Shown: positions 24,694 to 32,000 of the stretch, in pieces
How the letters are laid out: the number at the start of each line of letters is the position of its first letter
Position numbering within the stretch: position 1 is the first letter of the stretch
Origin: Nitrosopumilus sp. b3
GTDB taxonomy: Archaea; Thermoproteota; Nitrososphaeria; Nitrososphaerales; Nitrosopumilaceae
Assembly (NCBI RefSeq): GCF_014078525.1
Contig: NZ_MU078695.1
Coordinates: forward strand, 125,174 to 157,173
Direction of reading: 5' to 3'
DNA: 32,000 nucleotides
The notes under the pieces: model-generated
Seen by the model: only the letters and a program-made list of their open reading frames with translations
Told to the model about the DNA's origin: nothing
Database searches by the model: none
Program-made: the position numbers and the translations under genes

Positions 24694-25556
24694 TTTTTAC
24701 TTTTACTTGCTTTAGAAATAAGTGCTAAAATCACTCCAACAGAACCTGCAACACCAAATGCTACAAGTAAGGAAATTACCATTTGTTTACCTACACCTTG
24801 TGGAGTTGTCACAGATGGTTTTGGAGTTGAGTCAAGTACACATGCTCCATCTTTTAGAATGGTTCCTGGTCCACATCTCTCATCAAGTACACATGCTCCA
24901 TCTTTTAGAATGGTTCCTGGTCCACACTGAACTTTTGGTGTTGTTACAGTTGGTTTTTCCTCAACTTTAGGTGGCGTCACAATAGGTGTTTCTTCTGGGG
25001 TTTCTTCTGGGGTTTCTTCTGGGGTTTCTTCTGGGGTTTCTTCTGGGGTTTCTTCTGGGGTTTCTTCTGGGGTTTCTTCATCTGGAATTGTTGTTCCACC
25101 AAAGGTTGAACCAATAATTTCAATTTCTTCAGTACCTGCAGGTAAATCAATACTTAGAGTTCTACTTTGAGTAGTAGTTTCAGTTTCAGTAAAAGATGGT
25201 TCATCCCCATCAACTAAAATAATAAAATCATCATCTAAGCCATCAAAAGTTGAATCAAAGAAAGAACGCTCAAATGTAATATCTAACATCCCATCAGAAT
25301 CTGGGACATCTACAGTTAGAATCAATGAAACAAAATCAAGATCAGCTTCAATGCCATCAAGAGTCATTCCAGTTGCAGTGTAATCAATATCATATGACGT
25401 ACCTTCAATATCAACAGATATTGTTTCAGCATATACCAAAGCTGAAGCAATTATTGTAAATAGTACTAATCCAAGTGAGAGTTTCAACAAAGAATTAACA
25501 TTAGGAAAATGCCTTAGTTTGTCAGATTGCATTTTATCCATATTCATATTTTGCAT
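24690..25556 (-). CDS. Surface protein of the same paralog family, with an (EETP)8 stalk, a duplicated Cys-loop module and a C-terminal TM anchor
   Basis: Body motifs 'SYDIDYTATG', 'FIILVDGDE' and 'EEIEIIGST' match 3392..4006. These are followed by EETP x8, 2x 'CGPGTILKDGACVLD' and the TM 'MVISLLVAFGVAGSVGVILALI' with a basic tail. Confidence 0.65.
   Translation of the reverse strand: MQNMNMDKMQSDKLRHFPNVNSLLKLSLGLVLFTIIASALVYAETISVDIEGTSYDIDYTATGMTLDGIEADLDFVSLILTVDVPDSDGMLDITFERSFFDSTFDGLDDDFIILVDGDEPSFTETETTTQSRTLSIDLPAGTEEIEIIGSTFGGTTIPDEETPEETPEETPEETPEETPEETPEETPEETPIVTPPKVEEKPTVTTPKVQCGPGTILKDGACVLDERCGPGTILKDGACVLDSTPKPSVTTPQGVGKQMVISLLVAFGVAGSVGVILALISKASKSKN
24832..24926 (-). repeat. 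Tandem duplication: identical 44-bp blocks at 24832-24875 and 24883-24926 (period 51 bp), encoding CGPGTILKDGACVLD twice
   Basis: Read directly from the sequence. In frame with CDS 24690..25556. Confidence 0.9.
24985..25080 (-). repeat. Eight tandem 12-bp units (GGGGTTTCTTCT on the plus strand) encoding EETP x8
   Basis: Read directly. The first and last units each carry one substitution. In frame with the CDS. Confidence 0.95.
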
Positions 25557-25669
25557 TACGATATTTTAACCTCTAGATAGACGTTAAAAATGAAGAGCCC
25601 AGAATAAATCACGTAAAAGTCAAGCTTTTTTGCTTATTTTTAAAGTTCAGGCAGGAATTATACTCTAGT

Positions 25670-26602
25670 CTAGATAACGCCACGGAGGATCTGAATAATT
25701 TTTTCTGCAATAACATTTGCAGCCAAAGATTGAGCCTCTTTTGTTTGAGCACCAATATGAGGAGTCAAGATCACGTTATCAAGTTCAGCCAATTTATTGC
25801 CAATTGCAGGTTCTTTTTCAAAAACATCTAATGCTGCACCACCTAGTGTTCCATTTTTCAGAGCATTGTAAAGTGCATCTTCATCAACAACTCCACCACG
25901 AGATGTATTGATAATTTTGGCAGTCTTTTTCATTGTTGACATTTTTTGTGCATCTAAGAGATGATGTGTAGAATCAAGTAGTGGGACATGTATTGAGATA
26001 TAATCAGAGCTTTGCAATAGGGTATTCAAATCAGCTTTCATCAATCCAACTTCTTTTGAAAACTCTTCATCAATTGGAACCACATCATATCCAATGATAT
26101 TCATATTTAACGCACGTGCAAGTCGTCCCAATCTTTTTCCAATATTTCCCAAACCAATTATTCCGAGATATTTTCCTCTAAGTTCAGTTCCTTTGAGTTC
26201 TTTTTTGAGCCACTCTCCATTTCGAATGGCCCTATCACCTCTTGCTGTTTGTCTTGCAAGAGAAAGCATCAAACCTAAAACTAATTCAGCTACGGCATTC
26301 ATTGCACCTTCTACGGCATTAATTACACGGATGTTTTTTGCTTTAGCTGCTTCTTGATCTACATTGTCAAGTCCAACTCCAACACGTGCAATAATTTTAC
26401 AATTCTCGGCTTTATCGATCATCTCTTTTGTAATAGTTGTTCTACTTCTAACAATCACAATATTGAAATTTGGAATTCTTTCTATTATTTGATCAGGAGT
26501 AATTTCAGGTTCATAAGATACTTTGAGACCATTATCTTCTAAAATTTTATTCAAAATGGGATCTACTTCATCACATATCAATACAGAGTCGTCAAATCCC
26601 AT
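25670..26602 (-). CDS. D-isomer-specific 2-hydroxyacid dehydrogenase, D-3-phosphoglycerate dehydrogenase-like
   Basis: 310 aa. NAD-binding 'GIIGLGNIGKRLG', catalytic-region 'NTSRGGVVDE' and 'LTPHIGA'. Lacks the ACT domain of long SerA proteins, so the substrate is uncertain. Confidence 0.75.
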   Translation of the reverse strand: MGFDDSVLICDEVDPILNKILEDNGLKVSYEPEITPDQIIERIPNFNIVIVRSRTTITKEMIDKAENCKIIARVGVGLDNVDQEAAKAKNIRVINAVEGAMNAVAELVLGLMLSLARQTARGDRAIRNGEWLKKELKGTELRGKYLGIIGLGNIGKRLGRLARALNMNIIGYDVVPIDEEFSKEVGLMKADLNTLLQSSDYISIHVPLLDSTHHLLDAQKMSTMKKTAKIINTSRGGVVDEDALYNALKNGTLGGAALDVFEKEPAIGNKLAELDNVILTPHIGAQTKEAQSLAANVIAEKIIQILRGVI

Positions 26603-26670
26603 AACATCAGAGAATGAGCTACAGAATATAATTCATTAAGAAAATAAAAAGAAAAAAAGATGTTAAAAGA

Positions 26671-28083
26671 TCAAGAAGTAAGGATTTCTGCTACTACAGG
26701 AATTACTTCCCATAATGCGACATAATCGCCACTTGCTTGCATTTCAGAAGCTACTTCATCAGTGTATAAACCGTGAATGTTTAGTGCAGGATGAGCAATA
26801 CTGTTCATTCCCATTGGTGGGACAGCATCACTTGGATTGCCTAAAGCATATGCATAAGATGCTACTGGTGCTGGGATAACTCCTTTCTCAACTAGAACTG
26901 GGTTCAAGCCGAATGGGTCACCTGCTACAAATACTGTAGCTGCGCCAGTGTAAATTGCTGCATAATCATGGTTTACTGCTGCGTATGCACCTGGTTCATC
27001 AAAGACCAAGTCAACAATCATGTTCTGTGATCCACCGAGTAACCATGTTTCAGTTGCTGCGGATTGTACTCTGTTACCTTGAGTAACTCTGTCCAAGATT
27101 TCTCCAACAATGTGGAAGAATAGTGGTTCGTTACCATGGTTTTCGATAAAGAGTCTCACGTGTTGATTATTTTCAACAAACAAGAGTTGTGATTGGTATT
27201 GCTTGTGTTCAATTCCATTCCATGGTTGTGCTACAAAGATGTTCTTGTTTACATCGCCATTGACGAGTAAGTTGTGAGCCATGTTTGGTACATAACCGAA
27301 TTGCATTCCATTAACAACTGTTGCAGTGTTATGATGCTTGAACATTGCTCCGGCATCATAGTTGCCTTCAGGTGTAAGGTACAATTGATTGTATTGGAGT
27401 TGGAACTCTAATGCATCTGCATTGTAGAACATTCTCTTCAATTCACCGCTTCCGCTGGTTTTCTCAACCATTAATTTCTTGTATCCATTAGCTGGATCAA
27501 CTATTGCAATTCCGTACATGCCGGAAAGAACGTGTTGGTCCATGCCAATTAGTTTGACACCAGAACAATGGTATTTGAAGACACCAGCTGCTTCTGCGAT
27601 GTAACAATACTGACTTGTTTCGCCAGGATTGACAGATTCAAATGCTCCAGCAGAAATTTGTGAGGCGTGCATGTCGTTACCGTGTCCAGTAACTTCATCT
27701 GCTGGAATTGTAAGTGTCATTTTTACAACATCACCTTGTGTAACTCTTAGTGTTGGTCCTGGGACTTGTCCACTAAAGGTCATGGCGTTGTAAGTTTTTC
27801 CTCCCATAATTGGAAGTTCAACACTTTCACCAGTCAAATTAAACTCTACGACTTTTCGTCCAGAGTTTGACAAAACACCACAATCAGTTTCTGCGAATGC
27901 TTGAGGCATTACAAGCTGTAAACCGCCCATTTGATGGATTTGTTCAATTACATCGACATCCATTTTGTTGATATCGAGTGATTGTCCAGCAATCTGGGTT
28001 TGTGTGTATGTGCTTCCGAATAAGGTTGCGCCCATTACAGCTACTGCTGCAATTGTAAAGAGCATACTAACACGCTTATTCAT
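26671..28083 (-). CDS. nirK: Copper-containing nitrite reductase family protein (NirK-like two-domain multicopper protein)
   Basis: 470 aa with a signal/TM N-terminus. 'HGNDMH' has H-x2-D-x-H spacing, like NirK 'HNIDFH'. 'YHCSG...DQHVLSGMYG' gives the H-C...H-x4-M type-1/type-2 ligand arrangement. 'FHIVGEILDRV' and 'AAVNHDY' correspond to the second-domain His motifs. Confidence 0.75.
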   Translation of the reverse strand: MNKRVSMLFTIAAVAVMGATLFGSTYTQTQIAGQSLDINKMDVDVIEQIHQMGGLQLVMPQAFAETDCGVLSNSGRKVVEFNLTGESVELPIMGGKTYNAMTFSGQVPGPTLRVTQGDVVKMTLTIPADEVTGHGNDMHASQISAGAFESVNPGETSQYCYIAEAAGVFKYHCSGVKLIGMDQHVLSGMYGIAIVDPANGYKKLMVEKTSGSGELKRMFYNADALEFQLQYNQLYLTPEGNYDAGAMFKHHNTATVVNGMQFGYVPNMAHNLLVNGDVNKNIFVAQPWNGIEHKQYQSQLLFVENNQHVRLFIENHGNEPLFFHIVGEILDRVTQGNRVQSAATETWLLGGSQNMIVDLVFDEPGAYAAVNHDYAAIYTGAATVFVAGDPFGLNPVLVEKGVIPAPVASYAYALGNPSDAVPPMGMNSIAHPALNIHGLYTDEVASEMQASGDYVALWEVIPVVAEILTS

Positions 28084-28106
28084 TAAGCACGATGACTAGC
28101 GATTCC

Positions 28107-28118
28107 TATATAATAATT
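28107..28118 (-). promoter_or_regulatory. Consensus-like TATA box for nirK (leaderless geometry)
   Basis: 'tatataataatt' is centred about 27-29 nt upstream of the nirK ATG (28083). The identical 12-mer occurs at 15362-15373. Confidence 0.4.
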
Positions 28119-28193
28119 CCCATTATGCTCATATGAAAATATGAAATCTCCAGAAAAAGAATGAATAATAAGTAAAAATGGAGTACAGTCAGC

Positions 28194-29555
28194 ATGAAAT
28201 TTAGATTAGATCAAGACTCGCTGGGAAAAGTCAAAATCCCATCTGACGCATATTATGGAGCATTTACAGGAAGAGCAATCAAACAATACCATGTTACAGG
28301 TAACAAAAGCCATGAGAATCTGATAAAGTCGTTTGTAATGATAAAACGCTCTGCAGCAGTTGCAAACATGAAGACCAAAGCCATAGATGCAAAACGAGGT
28401 AAAGCAATAGTTTCAGCATGTGACAAAATTTTGTCCGGAAAGCATGTAGACCAATTTGTAGTCGATATGATCAATTCCGGTGCAGGTACTGCATTTAACA
28501 TGAATTCTAATGAAGTCATTGCAAATGTAGCATTAGAAGTATTACACAAGAAGAAAGGACAGTATGAGTTTCTCCATCCAAATGATCATGTAAACATGTC
28601 ACAGTCCAGTAATGATACCTATCCTACTGCAATGCATGTTGCAATTTTGATGAATCTAAAAGAAACAATTCCAGCAATCGACATTTTAATTAAATCATTA
28701 TCAAAGAAGGCAAAACAATTTTCATCATTTAAGAAAATTGGAAGAACACATCTGATGGATGCACTGCCAGTTACATTGGGAAGTGAATTTGGAGCATATG
28801 TAACATCAATCACAAAAGCAAGAAATGAAATTGCATCATCACAAAAAGAATTACAAAATGTTGCATTAGGTGGAACAGCCGTAGGTTCTGGTGCAAACAC
28901 TCCTAAAGGATATAGAAAGATTGCAATATCGGAATTATCTAAGATTTCAAAACTTGCATTAAAACCTGAAAAAGATATGCAGCATGGTTTGCAAAGTAAA
29001 TTTGCCGTTGCAAATGCATCAAGTGCTCTAAGAAACTTGGCTTTAGAAATTGGAAAACTTGCAAATGATATTAGATTAATGGCATCAGGTCCCATTGCAG
29101 GATTAGCAGAGATTGGAATTCCAGCTGTTCATGCAGGCTCATCAATTATGCCTGGTAAAGTAAATCCATCTTTAGCCGAATGCATGAACATGGTTTGCTT
29201 TAACATAATCGGAAATGATACTTCAGTATCTTATGCTGCACAAAGTGGGCAGTTTGAGCTAAACGTCATGCTACCTGGAATGCTAAAATGCATGCTAGAG
29301 TCAACAGATATGCTCAAAAATTTCCTACCAATGTTTTCTGCAAATCTAATTGACGGACTAACTGCAAATAAAGAAAAACTTCGTGCAGACATTGAGAATA
29401 GTCCAGTGATAGTTACACTGCTAACTCCAAAGATTGGGTATCTAAAATCTGCAGAACTTTTCAAAGAATCACTAAAAACTGGAAAAACTATCAGGGAGCT
29501 TGTTGTTTCAAAGAAATTAATGAGTAACAAAGAGATCGATTCTCTTTTCGGATAG
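28194..29555 (+). CDS. Class II fumarase/aspartase family lyase (AspA-like versus FumC not resolved)
   Basis: 453 aa. Signature 'GSSIMPGKVNP'. 'DQFVVDMINSGAGTAFNMN' and 'VCFNIIGND' look AspA-like. 'SQSSNDTYPTAMHVA' looks FumC-like. Confidence 0.85.
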   Translation: MKFRLDQDSLGKVKIPSDAYYGAFTGRAIKQYHVTGNKSHENLIKSFVMIKRSAAVANMKTKAIDAKRGKAIVSACDKILSGKHVDQFVVDMINSGAGTAFNMNSNEVIANVALEVLHKKKGQYEFLHPNDHVNMSQSSNDTYPTAMHVAILMNLKETIPAIDILIKSLSKKAKQFSSFKKIGRTHLMDALPVTLGSEFGAYVTSITKARNEIASSQKELQNVALGGTAVGSGANTPKGYRKIAISELSKISKLALKPEKDMQHGLQSKFAVANASSALRNLALEIGKLANDIRLMASGPIAGLAEIGIPAVHAGSSIMPGKVNPSLAECMNMVCFNIIGNDTSVSYAAQSGQFELNVMLPGMLKCMLESTDMLKNFLPMFSANLIDGLTANKEKLRADIENSPVIVTLLTPKIGYLKSAELFKESLKTGKTIRELVVSKKLMSNKEIDSLFG

Positions 29556-29558
29556 AGT

Positions 29559-30827
29559 ATGGCAAAAATTTTCGTAGAAGCTTACGGATGTTCTGCAAGC
29601 TTTGGTGACTCTGAAATGATTTCAGGGTTGATTCAAAATGGTGGTCATACATTAGTAGAAAATTCATCTGAATCAGATCTTAACATAGTAGTGACGTGTT
29701 CTGTAAAGGACTCTACAGCAAACAAAATGATGTATAGAATAAAATCATTAAAATCAAAACCACTAATTGTTGCAGGATGCCTTCCAAAAGCTGAACAATC
29801 CAGTGTAGAGAAATTTGCAGATCAAGCTAGTCTTTTAGGACCAAACTCACTTGGGAAAACGCTTCAGATAATCAATTCAACACTAAATGGAAGGAAGCAA
29901 ATTGCTTTGGAAGACTCTGATTTATCAAAAGTTGGACTACCAAAAGTAAGACTAAATCCTTCCGTTGGGATTGTAGAAATTGCAAGTGGGTGTATGAGTG
30001 AGTGTACATTCTGTCAGACTAAATTATCAAAGGGAGATCTTTCAAGCTATAGACTTGGAGATATTGTAAGACAAGTCCAAACAGAAATCAAAGAGGGATG
30101 CAAAGAAGTGTGGCTGACATCAACAGACAATGGATGTTATGGATTTGATATTGGAACGGATTTGCCATCATTAGTAAATGCAGTTGTAGAGATTCCAGAG
30201 GATTTCATGATCAGAGTAGGAATGATGAATCCAATGTACATGCCAAGAATTAAGGATAGATTAATTGAATCATATGATAATGACAAAGTCTTCAAATTCC
30301 TTCACATTCCAGTTCAGAGTGGAAGTGACAAAGTTTTGCATGATATGAAACGAGGCCACACAGCAGGGACTTTTAGAGAAATGGTAAAAATGGCAAGAGA
30401 GCGATTTAATCAATTTACAATTTCAACTGACATCATAGTTGGATTCCCTTCAGAAACTGAAGAAGATTTTCAGAAAACAATTTCTCTGCTTGATGAGACA
30501 AAGCCAGATACCGTAAATTTATCTAGATACAGTGCTAGACCAGGTACAGATGCTGCTGAGTTGAAACAACTGGATGCAGCAGAAGCTAAACGAAGAACAA
30601 AGATAATTTTTGAGCAGATCAGTAAATTATCAATAGAATCCAACAGAAAGTGGATCGGTTGGAAGGGCAGAGTACTATTCGATGAAATGACAGATGAGGG
30701 AATTAAGGGAAGAAATTTTGCTTACAAGCCTGTATCAGTTGTTGACAAAGTGGCCATTGGTGAATCACACATAGTTGAAATCACAGATGCTACTGTGAAG
30801 AGACTCGTTGGAAAGATCGCAAGCTAA
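29559..30827 (+). CDS. MiaB-like radical-SAM tRNA methylthiotransferase (archaeal MtaB/CDKAL1 type)
   Basis: 422 aa. N-terminal UPF0004 Cys pattern ('YGCSAS', 'VVTCSV', 'VAGC'), radical-SAM 'CMSECTFCQT' and a C-terminal TRAM-like domain. Confidence 0.85.
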   Translation: MAKIFVEAYGCSASFGDSEMISGLIQNGGHTLVENSSESDLNIVVTCSVKDSTANKMMYRIKSLKSKPLIVAGCLPKAEQSSVEKFADQASLLGPNSLGKTLQIINSTLNGRKQIALEDSDLSKVGLPKVRLNPSVGIVEIASGCMSECTFCQTKLSKGDLSSYRLGDIVRQVQTEIKEGCKEVWLTSTDNGCYGFDIGTDLPSLVNAVVEIPEDFMIRVGMMNPMYMPRIKDRLIESYDNDKVFKFLHIPVQSGSDKVLHDMKRGHTAGTFREMVKMARERFNQFTISTDIIVGFPSETEEDFQKTISLLDETKPDTVNLSRYSARPGTDAAELKQLDAAEAKRRTKIIFEQISKLSIESNRKWIGWKGRVLFDEMTDEGIKGRNFAYKPVSVVDKVAIGESHIVEITDATVKRLVGKIAS

Positions 30828-30899
30828 ATTTTTTAGATCTAAAATTTGATTAAAAAAACGTAAGAAGGTTTTTTATGTAAATCAGAAAATAAGATCAGA

Positions 30900-31844
30900 A
30901 TGAGTTTTCAAGTAAAAGAACCAATTTTAGTAATAGGCCTAGGAGGCGTAGGCTCAAAATTAGCAATCAAAGCAAAAGACTCACTCAGTGCAGATTGTCT
31001 ACTAATTAGCAATGATCAAAAAGATTTCTCTTCAGGAGAACAATCTATTCATATCTCTACAGAGGGCGTAGTAAATCCATCTGTGCAATTAATCAGAGGC
31101 TCAACTTACAATACATCAGATGAAATAAAATCAAAGATTGAAGGATATTCTACAGTTATTCTAATGAGTAATTTAGCAGGCAAGGCAGGCTCAGCCATTG
31201 CTCCAGTAGTATCTGATATGTGTAAAAACCAAGGACTAGTTTCATTTGCAATTATGCCATTCAAATATGAAAAAGATAGAATTTTCAATTCTGGCGTATC
31301 CCTAAAAAGAATCAGAGAGAATTCAAAATGTACAGTTGTATTAGATAACGATTCATTACTAGAAAGCAATCCTGATTTGAGTCCTAAAACATGCTATGAC
31401 ATTGCAAATTCAGCAATTATGCATGTTGTAGAATCACTTGGATCTTCAGAAATATCCAATGAAACAAATATTCTTACAACAAGTAAAGAGGGACAACATA
31501 TTGAAGACTCGTTAAGAGATTCACTAAAAATGCTATATGGTAATGCACCACCAAATTCAGTTAAACGCTCTATGTTGTATGTGGTTGGAGGTAGCAACAT
31601 ACCAGTAGGAGTAATAAATTCAATTACAAACATTACAAGCGGAATTCTAAACGATAGTAATTCACAGATAGACATGAGTTCAACTTCTGATGAATCAAAA
31701 GTTGTAATGTTATCGTCAATACAAGGAATGACAAAATTTGACAACTATGATCCTCTTGGAATGATTCCACAGGAAGATACACTTGATTGGTCAACCCCTG
31801 ATTGCAGTATTGACTGTAAATTAGACTTGTATCAATTAGAATAA
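30900..31844 (+). CDS. Divergent FtsZ/tubulin-superfamily homologue with a degenerate GTP-binding signature
   Basis: 314 aa. 'ILVIGLGGVGSKLA' aligns with FtsZ 'VIGVGGGG.N'. 'NLAGKAGSAIAPVVSDMCK...FAIMPFKYEKDR' is collinear with FtsZ 'G.GGGTGTGAAPVIA...VVT.PF.FEG..R', but the GGGTGTG signature is replaced by AGKAGSA. Confidence 0.7.
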   Translation: MSFQVKEPILVIGLGGVGSKLAIKAKDSLSADCLLISNDQKDFSSGEQSIHISTEGVVNPSVQLIRGSTYNTSDEIKSKIEGYSTVILMSNLAGKAGSAIAPVVSDMCKNQGLVSFAIMPFKYEKDRIFNSGVSLKRIRENSKCTVVLDNDSLLESNPDLSPKTCYDIANSAIMHVVESLGSSEISNETNILTTSKEGQHIEDSLRDSLKMLYGNAPPNSVKRSMLYVVGGSNIPVGVINSITNITSGILNDSNSQIDMSSTSDESKVVMLSSIQGMTKFDNYDPLGMIPQEDTLDWSTPDCSIDCKLDLYQLE

Positions 31845-31883
31845 AATAATTTTTTTAAAATTATGATTTTTTAGAGGTTTTGT

Positions 31884-32000
31884 TTATTCTTTCTTTGGTG
31901 CTTCTTTACCTGGTTCTTCTTTCTTTGGTGCTTCTTTACCTGGTTCTTCTTTCTTTGGTGCTTCTTTAGCTGGTTCTTCTTTCTTTGGTGCTTCTTTAGC
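31884..32000 (-). CDS. 3' end of a CDS truncated by the window edge, encoding the decapeptide repeat EP(G/A)KEAPKKE
   Basis: The minus-strand frame is open from the window edge to TAA (complement of 31884-31886). The repeat is in frame. Too short in this window to appear in the ORF track. Confidence 0.5.
   Translation of the reverse strand, partial: AKEAPKKEEPAKEAPKKEEPGKEAPKKEEPGKEAPKKE
31887..32000 (-). repeat. 30-bp tandem repeat, 3.8 copies, running off the window
   Basis: Units at 31887-31916, 31917-31946, 31947-31976 and 31977-32000 (partial). Units differ only by acc versus agc (Gly versus Ala on the coding strand). Confidence 0.95.

Noticed and set aside
24985-25080. Possible CRISPR array, because of short regular repeats (also 31887-32000 and 17824-17877)
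   Set aside because: The repeats are directly tandem with no spacers, are 9-30 bp long, and are in frame within coding sequences (EETP, EPGKEAPKKE, III). These are protein-coding tandem repeats, not CRISPR arrays.
30831-30844. 14-bp palindrome TTTTAGATCTAAAA after the MiaB-like gene
   Set aside because: It is AT-rich and adjacent to an oligo-T run, so it is most simply part of a terminator region. It occurs only once.

Overview
AT-rich archaeal chromosomal segment. The gene content points to a marine ammonia-oxidising thaumarchaeon (Nitrosopumilus-like): a NirK-type copper nitrite reductase, cupredoxin proteins, secreted surface proteins with PEFG-like C-terminal anchors, a divergent FtsZ homologue, Spt4, L15e and a NadX-type NAD pathway. 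Layout: (i) 1-5.1 kb holds spt4, the NAD biosynthesis genes nadC/nadA/nadX and two secreted proteins. (ii) 5.2-16.8 kb is an accessory-looking block. It contains a TerS-like gene and a TerL gene broken by a single in-frame TGA, then an intact, translationally coupled nurA-herA-mre11-rad50 operon. After that come a decayed UvrD-like helicase fragment, an orphan Csa3-like (CARF-like plus winged-helix) regulator, and six short overlapping ORFs. (iii) 17-25.6 kb holds surface and redox genes: a GEVED protein with a poly-Ile tail, a response regulator-HEAT-Kazal/double-cupredoxin operon, a redoxin, L15e and repeat-rich surface proteins. (iv) 25.7-32 kb holds a SerA-like dehydrogenase, nirK, an AspA/FumC-family lyase, a MiaB-like methylthiotransferase, the FtsZ-like gene and a truncated decapeptide-repeat gene. 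No rRNA, tRNA or CRISPR array was recognised. The most interesting signal is a motif, AGTAT-N5-GTATGCATAC, that I found only three times. One copy lies upstream of the nurA-rad50 operon. One lies upstream of a micro-ORF next to the helicase relic. One lies between the Csa3-like regulator and a homologous micro-ORF that heads the small-gene operon. This suggests, as inference only, a ligand-sensing regulon that couples a DNA-end-resection machine to a virus-derived element. All functional calls rest on motif recognition by eye; no database search was run.
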